Positions 27,027 to 35,416 of a stretch of DNA of 64,000 bases are shown piece by piece; position 1 is the first letter of the stretch; the number at the start of each line of letters is the position of its first letter. The stretch is taken from contig JAUWGS010000005.1 of assembly GCA_030606285.1 (NCBI GenBank), positions 2,716 to 66,715 of the forward strand, in the 5' to 3' direction. Below the pieces are notes generated by a model that saw nothing but the letters and a program-made list of their open reading frames with translations, made no database searches and was not told where the DNA came from. The translations under genes were made by a program, and so were the position numbers. This stretch comes from Planctomycetales bacterium. GTDB taxonomy: Bacteria > 4484-113.

Positions 27027-28724
27027 TCAGGCCAGGCGACGCGTGAGGCGCGCCAGGAGGTTAGTGGCTGCGGCAAGCGCTGCAATGACCGCCGCGACCC
27101 CAACTAGTAGCTGCCACAACCCACCCGCGCTCAGCGACACAGCCTCGAAGCTGTCCAGCCAGCAACGCACCAGCGCAATATAGGAGTGGCTGCCAAGGCG
27201 CAGAGTCTCCGCCATCTGGAGCGGCGAGGCAATCTCAGGCTTGCCAATCACACCCACCAGCCGCTCAGGAGAGTCGCGCAGAAACAGGAAGAATGTAGTC
27301 GCGGCCGCCATCAGTGCCACAGCCATACCTTCCGCCAGCGGCGTGAACCATCCGAGGGCGCGCGTGAGGCGTCCGAAGACTATGATGGCTGTTCCAACCA
27401 CCAGCGCAACTGCGGCTACCAGGAGCAAGAGGACGACGCTTGCCACCAGGGCTGCGCTCCCGTAACCCAGTGTGCGCCCGACGACTGCAAGATAGAACAC
27501 TCCGCCAAGAACGATGCTGACGGCAAGCGCAGCACCGTTGCGATGAAACCTGCGTATGACTTCCGGAAGGAACTGACCAAGCCCTGAGAACCTGCCTGAC
27601 TGCACTGCATCAGCTCCCGCTGCAATCAGGATGTAGACAACCGCAAGTATCAATACCAGCAACAGCAGGCTGTATGGTGTGCCGGATCCGCCCTCGTCCC
27701 GGACTACAGTGGGCAATACTGAGGATGTTCGCAGCAATGGCTGCACGAGAGCGCCGATCGCCAGCACGCACGTGAACAGCGCGAACCAGGGCTTTGCCAC
27801 AGCGCGTGGTTTCCGGGGAGGCTCGCTTCGCCTTCTACGCAAAGCCGAGATGCCCTCATTAATCGCGGTAGCCACCCAGAGTGCTGCCGATGCTAATACG
27901 AGAGCACTTATAAGCCGCCATACCATCTCCAGCACGATGCGAATCCAAAGGATATGGATTATGCTGTAGGCGTATCTCCCACCACCCACCATCGTGACGA
28001 AGTTCCCGAAGTAATTCGTGAACCCGCCACGCACGACTACATCCCATGTCTGGTCCAGCACGAAAGGAGCGTTCGCTAATGTGTGCCACAATTGAAGAGT
28101 CACATCCTCGCTGAAAAGCCAGAATGCCAGAAGAACGGCCAGAATGAGACGGTAGAGTAAGAGTGAACGCAACAGCATCAACACGGCAGTGCCGATGGCG
28201 ACCGCCGCTATAAGGTAGGCCAGGAACACTAGATTGGCAACAAATGCGTGCAAGCTCCATAGCAGGTTGTAGGCCTCAGCGGTGTGGACATAGTCTCTGA
28301 CAATGATGCCCTCAGGCAAGAGGAGCACCAGCGGCATAAGTGCGACCGCCGCAAACGACGCGAGCAGGATAATGTTGCCGACCAGGGGCCACACAGCGCC
28401 CTGGAGGAAAGCGACCCGGAGCCGAGGGACCGATTGATGCAGAGCCCTTCTGAAATCACTCAGCATCGCGGGCACAAACCAGATCAACACTACGCCTGAC
28501 AGGGCGAATTGCAGCAGCGTTACCTGGTACTGCACGACCTCGTAGTATGGATGAGCCACGCGGAAGTACACGGCAAAAAGAGCAGTGCCAAAGAAGACTC
28601 CTGCGAAGTAGTTGAGCATTGCCGCACGCCGCGTTGCCCAGCCCGGCCAGACGCCAGAGGTCCGCCGCTCGGCGGCGCCCGCTTTCAGCATCATGGGCGT
28701 ACTACGGGAAGCTCTCATTTTCAC
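27027..28724 (-). CDS. Polytopic membrane protein, possibly tandem permease-like
   Basis: About 12 hydrophobic segments; overlaps the upstream stop (ATGA). Confidence 0.75.
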   Translation of the reverse strand: MKMRASRSTPMMLKAGAAERRTSGVWPGWATRRAAMLNYFAGVFFGTALFAVYFRVAHPYYEVVQYQVTLLQFALSGVVLIWFVPAMLSDFRRALHQSVPRLRVAFLQGAVWPLVGNIILLASFAAVALMPLVLLLPEGIIVRDYVHTAEAYNLLWSLHAFVANLVFLAYLIAAVAIGTAVLMLLRSLLLYRLILAVLLAFWLFSEDVTLQLWHTLANAPFVLDQTWDVVVRGGFTNYFGNFVTMVGGGRYAYSIIHILWIRIVLEMVWRLISALVLASAALWVATAINEGISALRRRRSEPPRKPRAVAKPWFALFTCVLAIGALVQPLLRTSSVLPTVVRDEGGSGTPYSLLLLVLILAVVYILIAAGADAVQSGRFSGLGQFLPEVIRRFHRNGAALAVSIVLGGVFYLAVVGRTLGYGSAALVASVVLLLLVAAVALVVGTAIIVFGRLTRALGWFTPLAEGMAVALMAAATTFFLFLRDSPERLVGVIGKPEIASPLQMAETLRLGSHSYIALVRCWLDSFEAVSLSAGGLWQLLVGVAAVIAALAAATNLLARLTRRLA

Positions 28725-30985
28725 TCCAGGCGGTATACAAATAGCTCCGCGCGTGGCGCGCGATGCGCTTTATCGTTGAAGGCCAGCTCGCACTCATCCA
28801 GGCGAAGCCCAAGCAGAGTCGTACCATGGCCGTCCACAACCAGCGTCCGCATCACTTCGTACAGCAACACTTCCGAAAGGAATGTGTAGGCCAGTTCGGG
28901 CAGTTCCCCCTCGCCGGCGCCACGCGCGTCATCCCGGCGTTCGGCTGAATACATTTGATGCGCCCAGCCGGCGATAAGCGTGTCGTATCTGACCTGAAGG
29001 TAATCGACGGGTGAAACTCCAGAGGGCAGGACTATTGATCGGGGCTGTCCCGGTTGTATCTCTCCAAGATACATCGCACGAGGACCATCAACGAGAAACA
29101 TAAAGGAAAGCGTTTCACTCGCAATCAAGGAGAGCTTGCGGCCGCCTTCCGGCAACATCTCCCAGGCAAACGAGACTGGAGCAGCAACTGCCCGTGCCTC
29201 GCTATAACCGACTTCCAGGGGAAGCAAGGGCGCCACACGCAGGCCCTCTATTTCAGCGTCAGCCCCTTCACGAACAACGACGTTGACGTCGGAAGCATCC
29301 AGGGGAGCGATGCGGCCCAGAGCGAAGCCAGCCGAAGGGATGCCAAGATTGAGTCTGGACGCATGCGCCGAAGTGATGTAGGCAACGCTCCGCACCTCAG
29401 CCATGCTGGCATCAGGGGATACCAGCGAAGCCGATACGACAAGGGCGCGTGGTTGACCGGGCACGCCAATCCCGACTCCCAGGCTGAACAGAACTGTGGC
29501 AAGAAGCGAGAGTATCAGGAAGACCAACAAAAGCCAGAGATAGCTCCGCCTGTAGATAAACCAGAATGCGGAAAGCACCAGCAAGAGCAGGGTGTACAGC
29601 GCTGTTTCGAGGCCATACGGACCGGTAGTGCGCCTCAGGTTGGCACTGAGATATGAGTGCAATGGGGGATAACCCGCTCCGGCACGCTCAACAAGTTCGG
29701 TGTTAGCCTTCTCCCAGTCCCGCGAGTCCCAGTGGAGCCGTGCAACATCCAGCGGATGCAGCAATCCAGCACGGGTGATGTAGCTATGAGCCCAGATCGG
29801 GTTAATCGCACCCTCCGCTTGCGAGAGCGCAGACAGCTGCCCAATCCAGGAGTACCCCCTAGTACTGAGATTTCCCAGCGTACCCCGCACAATCAGGTCA
29901 CGATTTAAGGCTTCTCCAATATTCTCAGATGACCTTCCAAGCATCAGGCTGTAAGCGTAAAACAGGTCCGTGCGCAGCAGCGCTGCCATGTGTTCCCTCT
30001 GTGCAACCAGGTCGTCAGCGCTCACAGCCACATCGCCGAAGCCAAACGAACTCAACTGCAAACCACGCTGCGGAAGGCGGTCTGCACTTCCCACGGTGAC
30101 CTGCTCCGCGGCCCCGTACACCACAAGCCTTGATCCCATTGCCGCAGCGTCAGTGAGGAGAGTTCGCGCCCGCTCGTCCAGCTCACTCCACGTCTCAGCA
30201 GAAACAATAACGAACTCGAAGTGGCGCAGGACGCGGAAGTCCGGGCCGATGTCGCTGGGCGCAACGGACACCAGCGCATGCTCCTGGAGAAAGCCAGGAT
30301 ACTTCAGCCATGCGTTCGCCAGGTTCTCATTAGCAATAGCGAGCGAGTCGTCTTCGAGCAGCCCGCGACCCTCGGCTTCGACCAGGCACGAAAACACCTT
30401 TCCGCGAGGCAGAAACGAAAGCTCCACCGCTTCCTTGCCCATCGATTGACCGTTGCACAGCACTTCAACCTGGAGCACTGCAGAGTTCGCGTCTCGCGGC
30501 ACCTGATAGAGCTGAACCGGTATGTAGAAGTCGGAAGCAGTGCCGGAAGCAAATGCCATTTGAAGCCGGCAGCTCACATGCGGTACGGTCTCGCCGCTAT
30601 CCGGCCCTGAAATGTATCCCGCCAATTCGGCCGAAGGCTCAGCCAAGAAAGCCACAGAAGCGGGCAGACTTACCGGGCAGGAACGGTTGTGAACGGCGAT
30701 TTCCACCGTGGAATCCGCGTAATCACCACTCAAACGGATATGCAGCGGCGCTAAAGAGATATCGCTGTAGACCAGGTTCGCAGTGGAGTGCTGCTTATCG
30801 TCCTGAGCCACAATGCGTGCAGCATAGTCCGGCAGGGGGACAGCGTAGCCGGAATAACCGCCAACCACGATAAATGGTGTGGTGCTGGCCTCCGGCAAAG
30901 CGTCTGGACACGCCTGCATCGGCCACAGAAATAAGATGGGGACGGCTGCGAGGATGGTCGCCAGCCCGATGTTAGGCGCTTTCAC
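28721..30985 (-). CDS. Exported membrane-anchored hypothetical protein
   Basis: N-terminal signal, large soluble region, two central TM helices; GTGA overlap with the sigma gene. Confidence 0.75.
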   Translation of the reverse strand: MKAPNIGLATILAAVPILFLWPMQACPDALPEASTTPFIVVGGYSGYAVPLPDYAARIVAQDDKQHSTANLVYSDISLAPLHIRLSGDYADSTVEIAVHNRSCPVSLPASVAFLAEPSAELAGYISGPDSGETVPHVSCRLQMAFASGTASDFYIPVQLYQVPRDANSAVLQVEVLCNGQSMGKEAVELSFLPRGKVFSCLVEAEGRGLLEDDSLAIANENLANAWLKYPGFLQEHALVSVAPSDIGPDFRVLRHFEFVIVSAETWSELDERARTLLTDAAAMGSRLVVYGAAEQVTVGSADRLPQRGLQLSSFGFGDVAVSADDLVAQREHMAALLRTDLFYAYSLMLGRSSENIGEALNRDLIVRGTLGNLSTRGYSWIGQLSALSQAEGAINPIWAHSYITRAGLLHPLDVARLHWDSRDWEKANTELVERAGAGYPPLHSYLSANLRRTTGPYGLETALYTLLLLVLSAFWFIYRRSYLWLLLVFLILSLLATVLFSLGVGIGVPGQPRALVVSASLVSPDASMAEVRSVAYITSAHASRLNLGIPSAGFALGRIAPLDASDVNVVVREGADAEIEGLRVAPLLPLEVGYSEARAVAAPVSFAWEMLPEGGRKLSLIASETLSFMFLVDGPRAMYLGEIQPGQPRSIVLPSGVSPVDYLQVRYDTLIAGWAHQMYSAERRDDARGAGEGELPELAYTFLSEVLLYEVMRTLVVDGHGTTLLGLRLDECELAFNDKAHRAPRAELFVYRLE

Positions 30986-31593
30986 GGCTCAAAGGCCAGC
31001 CGCCACGCGGCTTTCGAGTTCACAATCTTACGTAGACGGTTCAGCGCTCGCTTGTGAAGTATGGACACGTTTGCCCGGGTACACGCCAGCGCACGCGAGA
31101 CCTCGTCCTGGCTATAGCCACGCTGGTACATAAGCCGCAGGATGCGCTCCTCAGCAGGTGTGAGCATGCTCAGAAGCTTCTCCGCGACCCGAAGGGAGTC
31201 AAGCACTTCCGGCACCGAGCGTCGCTCGTGAAAGCCTATAATCCGGGTATAAGCGCTGAATTCCGTGGCGCCATACAGGGGAATGAGAGGTCTGCGATAA
31301 CGCAGGTAATCAAGCATCCTGCCCTTTACCTTGAGATAGGCGAAGGTGATGAACTTCACGCCTCGCTCCGGGTCGAAGGCGTCAACAGCCTCGATGAGCG
31401 CAAGCGTTCCCTCCGAGATGACGTCCACGCGTTCCTGCGGCGGGGCTCCGGGAAGCTGGCGTAGGATGTGGTATACGAGTGGCTGGTATTGCTCAATGAG
31501 CGCGGCGCGGTTCTCGACCGTCAGGTTCATCCAGAGAGCGGTTTCGCTCCCGGCTCGCTCCTCGGAACGGACATCTTGTGGCTGCGCGCACAC
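30982..31593 (-). CDS. Alternative sigma-70 factor (FliA/WhiG-like region 2 plus region 4)
   Basis: LIEQYQPLV, EGTLALIEAVDAFDPERGVKFITFA...GRMLDYLR, YSQDEVSRALACTRANVSILHKRAL. Confidence 0.9.
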   Translation of the reverse strand: MCAQPQDVRSEERAGSETALWMNLTVENRAALIEQYQPLVYHILRQLPGAPPQERVDVISEGTLALIEAVDAFDPERGVKFITFAYLKVKGRMLDYLRYRRPLIPLYGATEFSAYTRIIGFHERRSVPEVLDSLRVAEKLLSMLTPAEERILRLMYQRGYSQDEVSRALACTRANVSILHKRALNRLRKIVNSKAAWRLAFEP

Positions 31594-31659
31594 CCAAAAT
31601 CATTATAGCAGACACAGCGGACATGCATGCCACGTTGCTAGTTGTTGGACGGATTGGTT

Positions 31660-31868
31660 GTAGGGGCAATTCACGAATTGCCCATCCGGAAGAAGGTGCG
31701 GCACGAGACCGCACCCTACAGTAACCCTCCGGGTAGCGCCGGCTATCCAGCCGGCGGGAACGAACGATGGGTAGTCCCCGCCGTCGGGCAATATGGGCTG
31801 ATTTTCGGTGGCGCGGGCGCTTGCCCGCCACCACGCGCCGCGCGTGGCCGGAGGGTCTCGCCCGTGAT
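31660..31868. repeat. REP-like cluster including a nested element
   Basis: GTAGGGGCAATTCACGAATTGCCC at 31660; GGTAGCGCCGGCTATCCAGCCGGC; 31819-31855 is the reverse complement of 15590-15626. Confidence 0.85.
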
Positions 31869-31889
31869 TCGACACAGTTCCGCGTAATC

Positions 31890-31961
31890 AAATGCTATAA
31901 TCCTCGCAGCCTGCTGGGGGGCGGGCGGCAAAGCTCCCGAGGCAAAAAGGAGGAGTCCTCA
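31890..31961 (+). promoter_or_regulatory. Conserved extended -10 promoter plus leader motif, copy 3
   Basis: AAATGCTATAATCCTCGCAGCCTGCTGGGGGGCGGGCGGCAAAGCTCCCG...AAGGAGG. Confidence 0.7.
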
Positions 31962-34900
31962 ATGAGAATCCGTGACATCCTTCGGGTGATTGCACTCACA
32001 CTCTTCATCATCACGTTCGCGCTCGTGCTAATCACGTGCGGTGGGAAAGGCAAAAGCAAACCGCCGAGCCTGCCCGAAGTTGGCAACGCCCAACCAGTCG
32101 CAGAAGCGCCGGTAGAAGTTTCGCTGGACGAAGCCCTCGCGGAACTCGACGCGCTCGAAACTCCCGATGACGTCGACCCGGCGCTCTTTCAGCAACTCAA
32201 GGACGAACTGGCTAAGCAGCTCAGCGCCAAGGGTGTCAGCAAGATCGTCTCCACGCCGCCCACCGGCGAAGCTAATCGAGTGGACGATCTTGAACTCGAT
32301 GACAACCACGATGGAACGTACACACTCACTTGGTCCTACAAGAACGTCGGCGACTACGACCAGAACGGCACCGTCGGCATATCGGACATCACGCCGATTG
32401 CGATGCAATATGGGGAAACTGCAACCTACGAGAATGAATGGATAGACGGCGATGACAACGGCACCATCGGCATCAGCGACATTACGCCGCTAGCGATGAA
32501 TTTTTCCATTGAGTGCCCAGGATACGACGTTGAGGGAGCGGATAATCCTAGCGGTCCCTGGACTTATATGATGACGGTGCCACTTGACGACGCTCAAGGA
32601 GAGCGACGCCTTGTCTTTTACAAAACGCTTTCAGCGCTCGACTTCGAGTACTACCGAGTTACGCCTGTAGATTCAGATGGAGCCGAAGGCGTCGAGGGCG
32701 TCCCGGCGTCGTTGTCGGGGACCCGAGATAAGATGACGCTATGGACTGGTGGAACGCAGCTTCGAGGCGTGAACATTTGGCAAGGCAAAGTGATAACGAG
32801 AATATATGGAGACACACTGGGAACAGGAACTGTAGGTCCGCCTTTAACTCAAGCGGACTTCGACGCTATTGCTGCCATGGGCGCTAATTACGTCAACATC
32901 GCGCATCCCGGTCTTTATGACTGGGATCCTCCATACGCGCTCAACGAGGGGATACAGGCGAATCTGGACAGCCTCCTGAGTATGGCAGAGCAGGCGGACA
33001 TGTTCGCGGTAATCACTTTCCGCACCGGGCCGGGGCGCAGCGAGTTTACATTTAGCCGTGAAGAGGTTGGAGACTGGTTCACCCAGGACGACCTGGTGGA
33101 GACCGTCTGGGAAAATCAGGCCGAGCAGGATCTATGGGCGGATATGTGGCGCTACACTGCGGACCGCTATAAGGACAATCCTATCGTCGTAGGCTACGAC
33201 TTGATGAATGAGCCAAACGCGCCCGAAGTGCTGTTTGGCCTTTATGATGAGACTGAGCTGTACTATCCTGTCTACGCCGATGCCATCCATGACTGGAACA
33301 GGATGTACCCTCCGATGGTAGACGCTATCCGCGAAGTGGATACTGACACACCGATACTCGTTGCCTGCACCGGATGGAGCGCGGTTGTGTGGCTTCCGTT
33401 CCTCCAGCCGGTGGCCGATAACCAGATTGTCTATACGGTCCACCAATACGCGCCCGCCGACTACACTCACCAGACTGATCCGGCATTTCCCATAACCTAT
33501 CCTGGGACTTATGATCTATCGACTCTCCAGAGCATTATGACTACGATCGATCAGTTCAAAGCTGATCACAGCACATCAGTGGCATCGAACGAATGGGGCC
33601 CGATGCGCTTTGAACCCGGGGCGCACCTTTACGTCGCGGACCATGGTGACCTATTCGACCAGAGCGGAGTGAACAATGCGCTCTGGGAATACGCGCCTGA
33701 TTTCGTATCGAACAATCCTGAAATTACGTGGGACGGCTTCAACTTCAGACATGGTCCCGACCCAAACAATCACGCAAACGTAGCAACCAGCGATCTCATC
33801 GTGGCGCTTGAGAACTACTGGGGACGCAACACGATCCGACCCTCTAATTGGACCGGCCCACAGTCTCCGGTCGCTGACCTACAAGCCACTCCCACTTCGG
33901 GCGATGCCCCGTTGACCGTATACTTCGACGCTTCTGGAAGTGCGGACGATGTCGAGATTATTGGCGGAGTCTGGGACCTGGATGGCGATGGAAACTTCGC
34001 AGAAGCTGACAATGGCGAAGACACGTATACCGACAATGAGACAGCCGAGTACACGTATAACGACGCAGGCGAGTATTATCCTGCGGTGCGTGTTACGGAC
34101 GGCGATGGGCTAACCGATACCGCATCGGTAACGATTACGGTTGGCGGGCCAGCTTCCCGGCTCGAACGCTTCCAGACCATCAATCATTTTATGTACCAGA
34201 TCCAGGGGCTGTCGGAGCCGGGGGCGGTGGATAACCTGGAGGCGACTCACTATGATTTGCTGGTGCTGGAGCCAACGAACACCTTTGTAGGAGCGGAGGA
34301 CTTCGACGTGAGCGGAATGGTGGCAGCTCTCAAGGCGTCTCCAGATAGCCGCGGGGGTAATAAGCTCGTTATCGCCTACATAGACGTCGGCGAAGCCGAG
34401 AACTATCGCACCTACTGGCAGCCGGAGTGGATAGAGCCGACGGAAACCGAACGCGGCGACCCGGACTTTCTGGTAACTATGGACCCGGACGGCTGGAGCG
34501 GGAATTTCCCGGTGGCGTATTGGGACCAGAGGTGGATTGATATAATGATCGATAATCCGGATAGTGCACTCAACCAGGTTATCGACGCCGGGTTCGAGGG
34601 CATCTACATGGACTGGGTTGAGGCATACGACGATGAAAAGGTCATTGCCGCAGCCCAAGCCGAAGTGCCGCCGATTGATCCACCCTTGGCTATGGTGGAA
34701 TTCATCGGTCACCTGCGAGAAGTGGCGAAGGCCCGCGATCCGGAGTTCCTGGTAATCCAGCAGAATGCGCCCTTTCTGATTGAGGAGACTGCGCTGCCTT
34801 CGGACCTGGCGGCAGTCATTGATGGACTGGCGATGGAGGACACTTGGTTTTTAGGAGAGGCGGATGTGCCCTGGGGTGATTCCCGCGGCGGTGATACTCC

Positions 34901-35114
34901 CCAAAACTCGACCGGGGACTACTCCACTGAGTCTCTGCTGGCGGTGTATCCGCTTTATACTACCGAAGGGCTATCTGTGTGGACGGTTGACTACTGTCTT
35001 ATCCAGGCAAATGCCGACCAGGTATATGCGGACAGTTCTGCGCTAGGTTACATACCCCTGGTAACGCAAACAAGCCTGTGGACGATCACCGAAACCCCAC
35101 CCCCGTGGTACTAA
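31962..35114 (+). CDS. Surface lipoprotein: N-domain, dockerin-like repeats, GH5-like domain, PKD, GH114-like (TM1410/MJ1477) domain
   Basis: ATG 31962 after AAGGAGG; LVLITCGG; GDYDQNGTVGISDITP; YDLMNEP and NEWG (GH5 catalytic Glu pair); PKD FDASGS.D; YQIQ, AYIDVGEAE.YR.YW, GFEGIYMD. Confidence 0.88.
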   Translation: MRIRDILRVIALTLFIITFALVLITCGGKGKSKPPSLPEVGNAQPVAEAPVEVSLDEALAELDALETPDDVDPALFQQLKDELAKQLSAKGVSKIVSTPPTGEANRVDDLELDDNHDGTYTLTWSYKNVGDYDQNGTVGISDITPIAMQYGETATYENEWIDGDDNGTIGISDITPLAMNFSIECPGYDVEGADNPSGPWTYMMTVPLDDAQGERRLVFYKTLSALDFEYYRVTPVDSDGAEGVEGVPASLSGTRDKMTLWTGGTQLRGVNIWQGKVITRIYGDTLGTGTVGPPLTQADFDAIAAMGANYVNIAHPGLYDWDPPYALNEGIQANLDSLLSMAEQADMFAVITFRTGPGRSEFTFSREEVGDWFTQDDLVETVWENQAEQDLWADMWRYTADRYKDNPIVVGYDLMNEPNAPEVLFGLYDETELYYPVYADAIHDWNRMYPPMVDAIREVDTDTPILVACTGWSAVVWLPFLQPVADNQIVYTVHQYAPADYTHQTDPAFPITYPGTYDLSTLQSIMTTIDQFKADHSTSVASNEWGPMRFEPGAHLYVADHGDLFDQSGVNNALWEYAPDFVSNNPEITWDGFNFRHGPDPNNHANVATSDLIVALENYWGRNTIRPSNWTGPQSPVADLQATPTSGDAPLTVYFDASGSADDVEIIGGVWDLDGDGNFAEADNGEDTYTDNETAEYTYNDAGEYYPAVRVTDGDGLTDTASVTITVGGPASRLERFQTINHFMYQIQGLSEPGAVDNLEATHYDLLVLEPTNTFVGAEDFDVSGMVAALKASPDSRGGNKLVIAYIDVGEAENYRTYWQPEWIEPTETERGDPDFLVTMDPDGWSGNFPVAYWDQRWIDIMIDNPDSALNQVIDAGFEGIYMDWVEAYDDEKVIAAAQAEVPPIDPPLAMVEFIGHLREVAKARDPEFLVIQQNAPFLIEETALPSDLAAVIDGLAMEDTWFLGEADVPWGDSRGGDTPQNSTGDYSTESLLAVYPLYTTEGLSVWTVDYCLIQANADQVYADSSALGYIPLVTQTSLWTITETPPPWY

Positions 35115-35217
35115 CTCAGTTCCAACACAGCTCTCGCTAGTAGGAAGTAATGGTCTCCTCGCACTGAGCTACTACGACTATGCTACCGGCAACCTTAAGT
35201 TCGCTATGTATTGCTAA
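35113..35217 (+). pseudogene. Relic terminal beta-propeller blade without a start codon
   Basis: +1 frame reads ..LSLVGSNGLLALSYYDYATGNLKFAMYC*, matching the last blades of 3336-4520 and 21744-24542. Confidence 0.65.
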
Positions 35218-35242
35218 GAGGAAGTAGCGAGGGGGGGTGCTA

Positions 35243-35315
35243 TAGGGCGGTCATTTATGGCGGCCGTCTTAAGACATCTGACGAAGAACGGCGGGGGATA
35301 AACCCCCGCCCTACA
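35243..35315. repeat. Inverted REP-like doublet
   Basis: TAGGGCGG.. ... GGCGGGGGATAAACCCCCGCCCTAC. Confidence 0.65.
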
Positions 35316-35416
35316 GAAGACATTATTTTCGAACCTCCACACGGGCTGACGCACATTCGCTGTGCTACAATTCGACGTTCGACGATGCATCCGTTCTGCG
35401 GACAGAGCACAAAATT

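Noticed and set aside
31767..31961. N-terminal extension of the 1115-aa ORF
   Set aside because: It is repeat and promoter DNA; RBS and signal peptide place the start at 31962
35320..35416. T-box leader upstream of valS
   Set aside because: The leader after the TGCTACAAT box is only about 45 nt and lacks the T-box consensus and terminator
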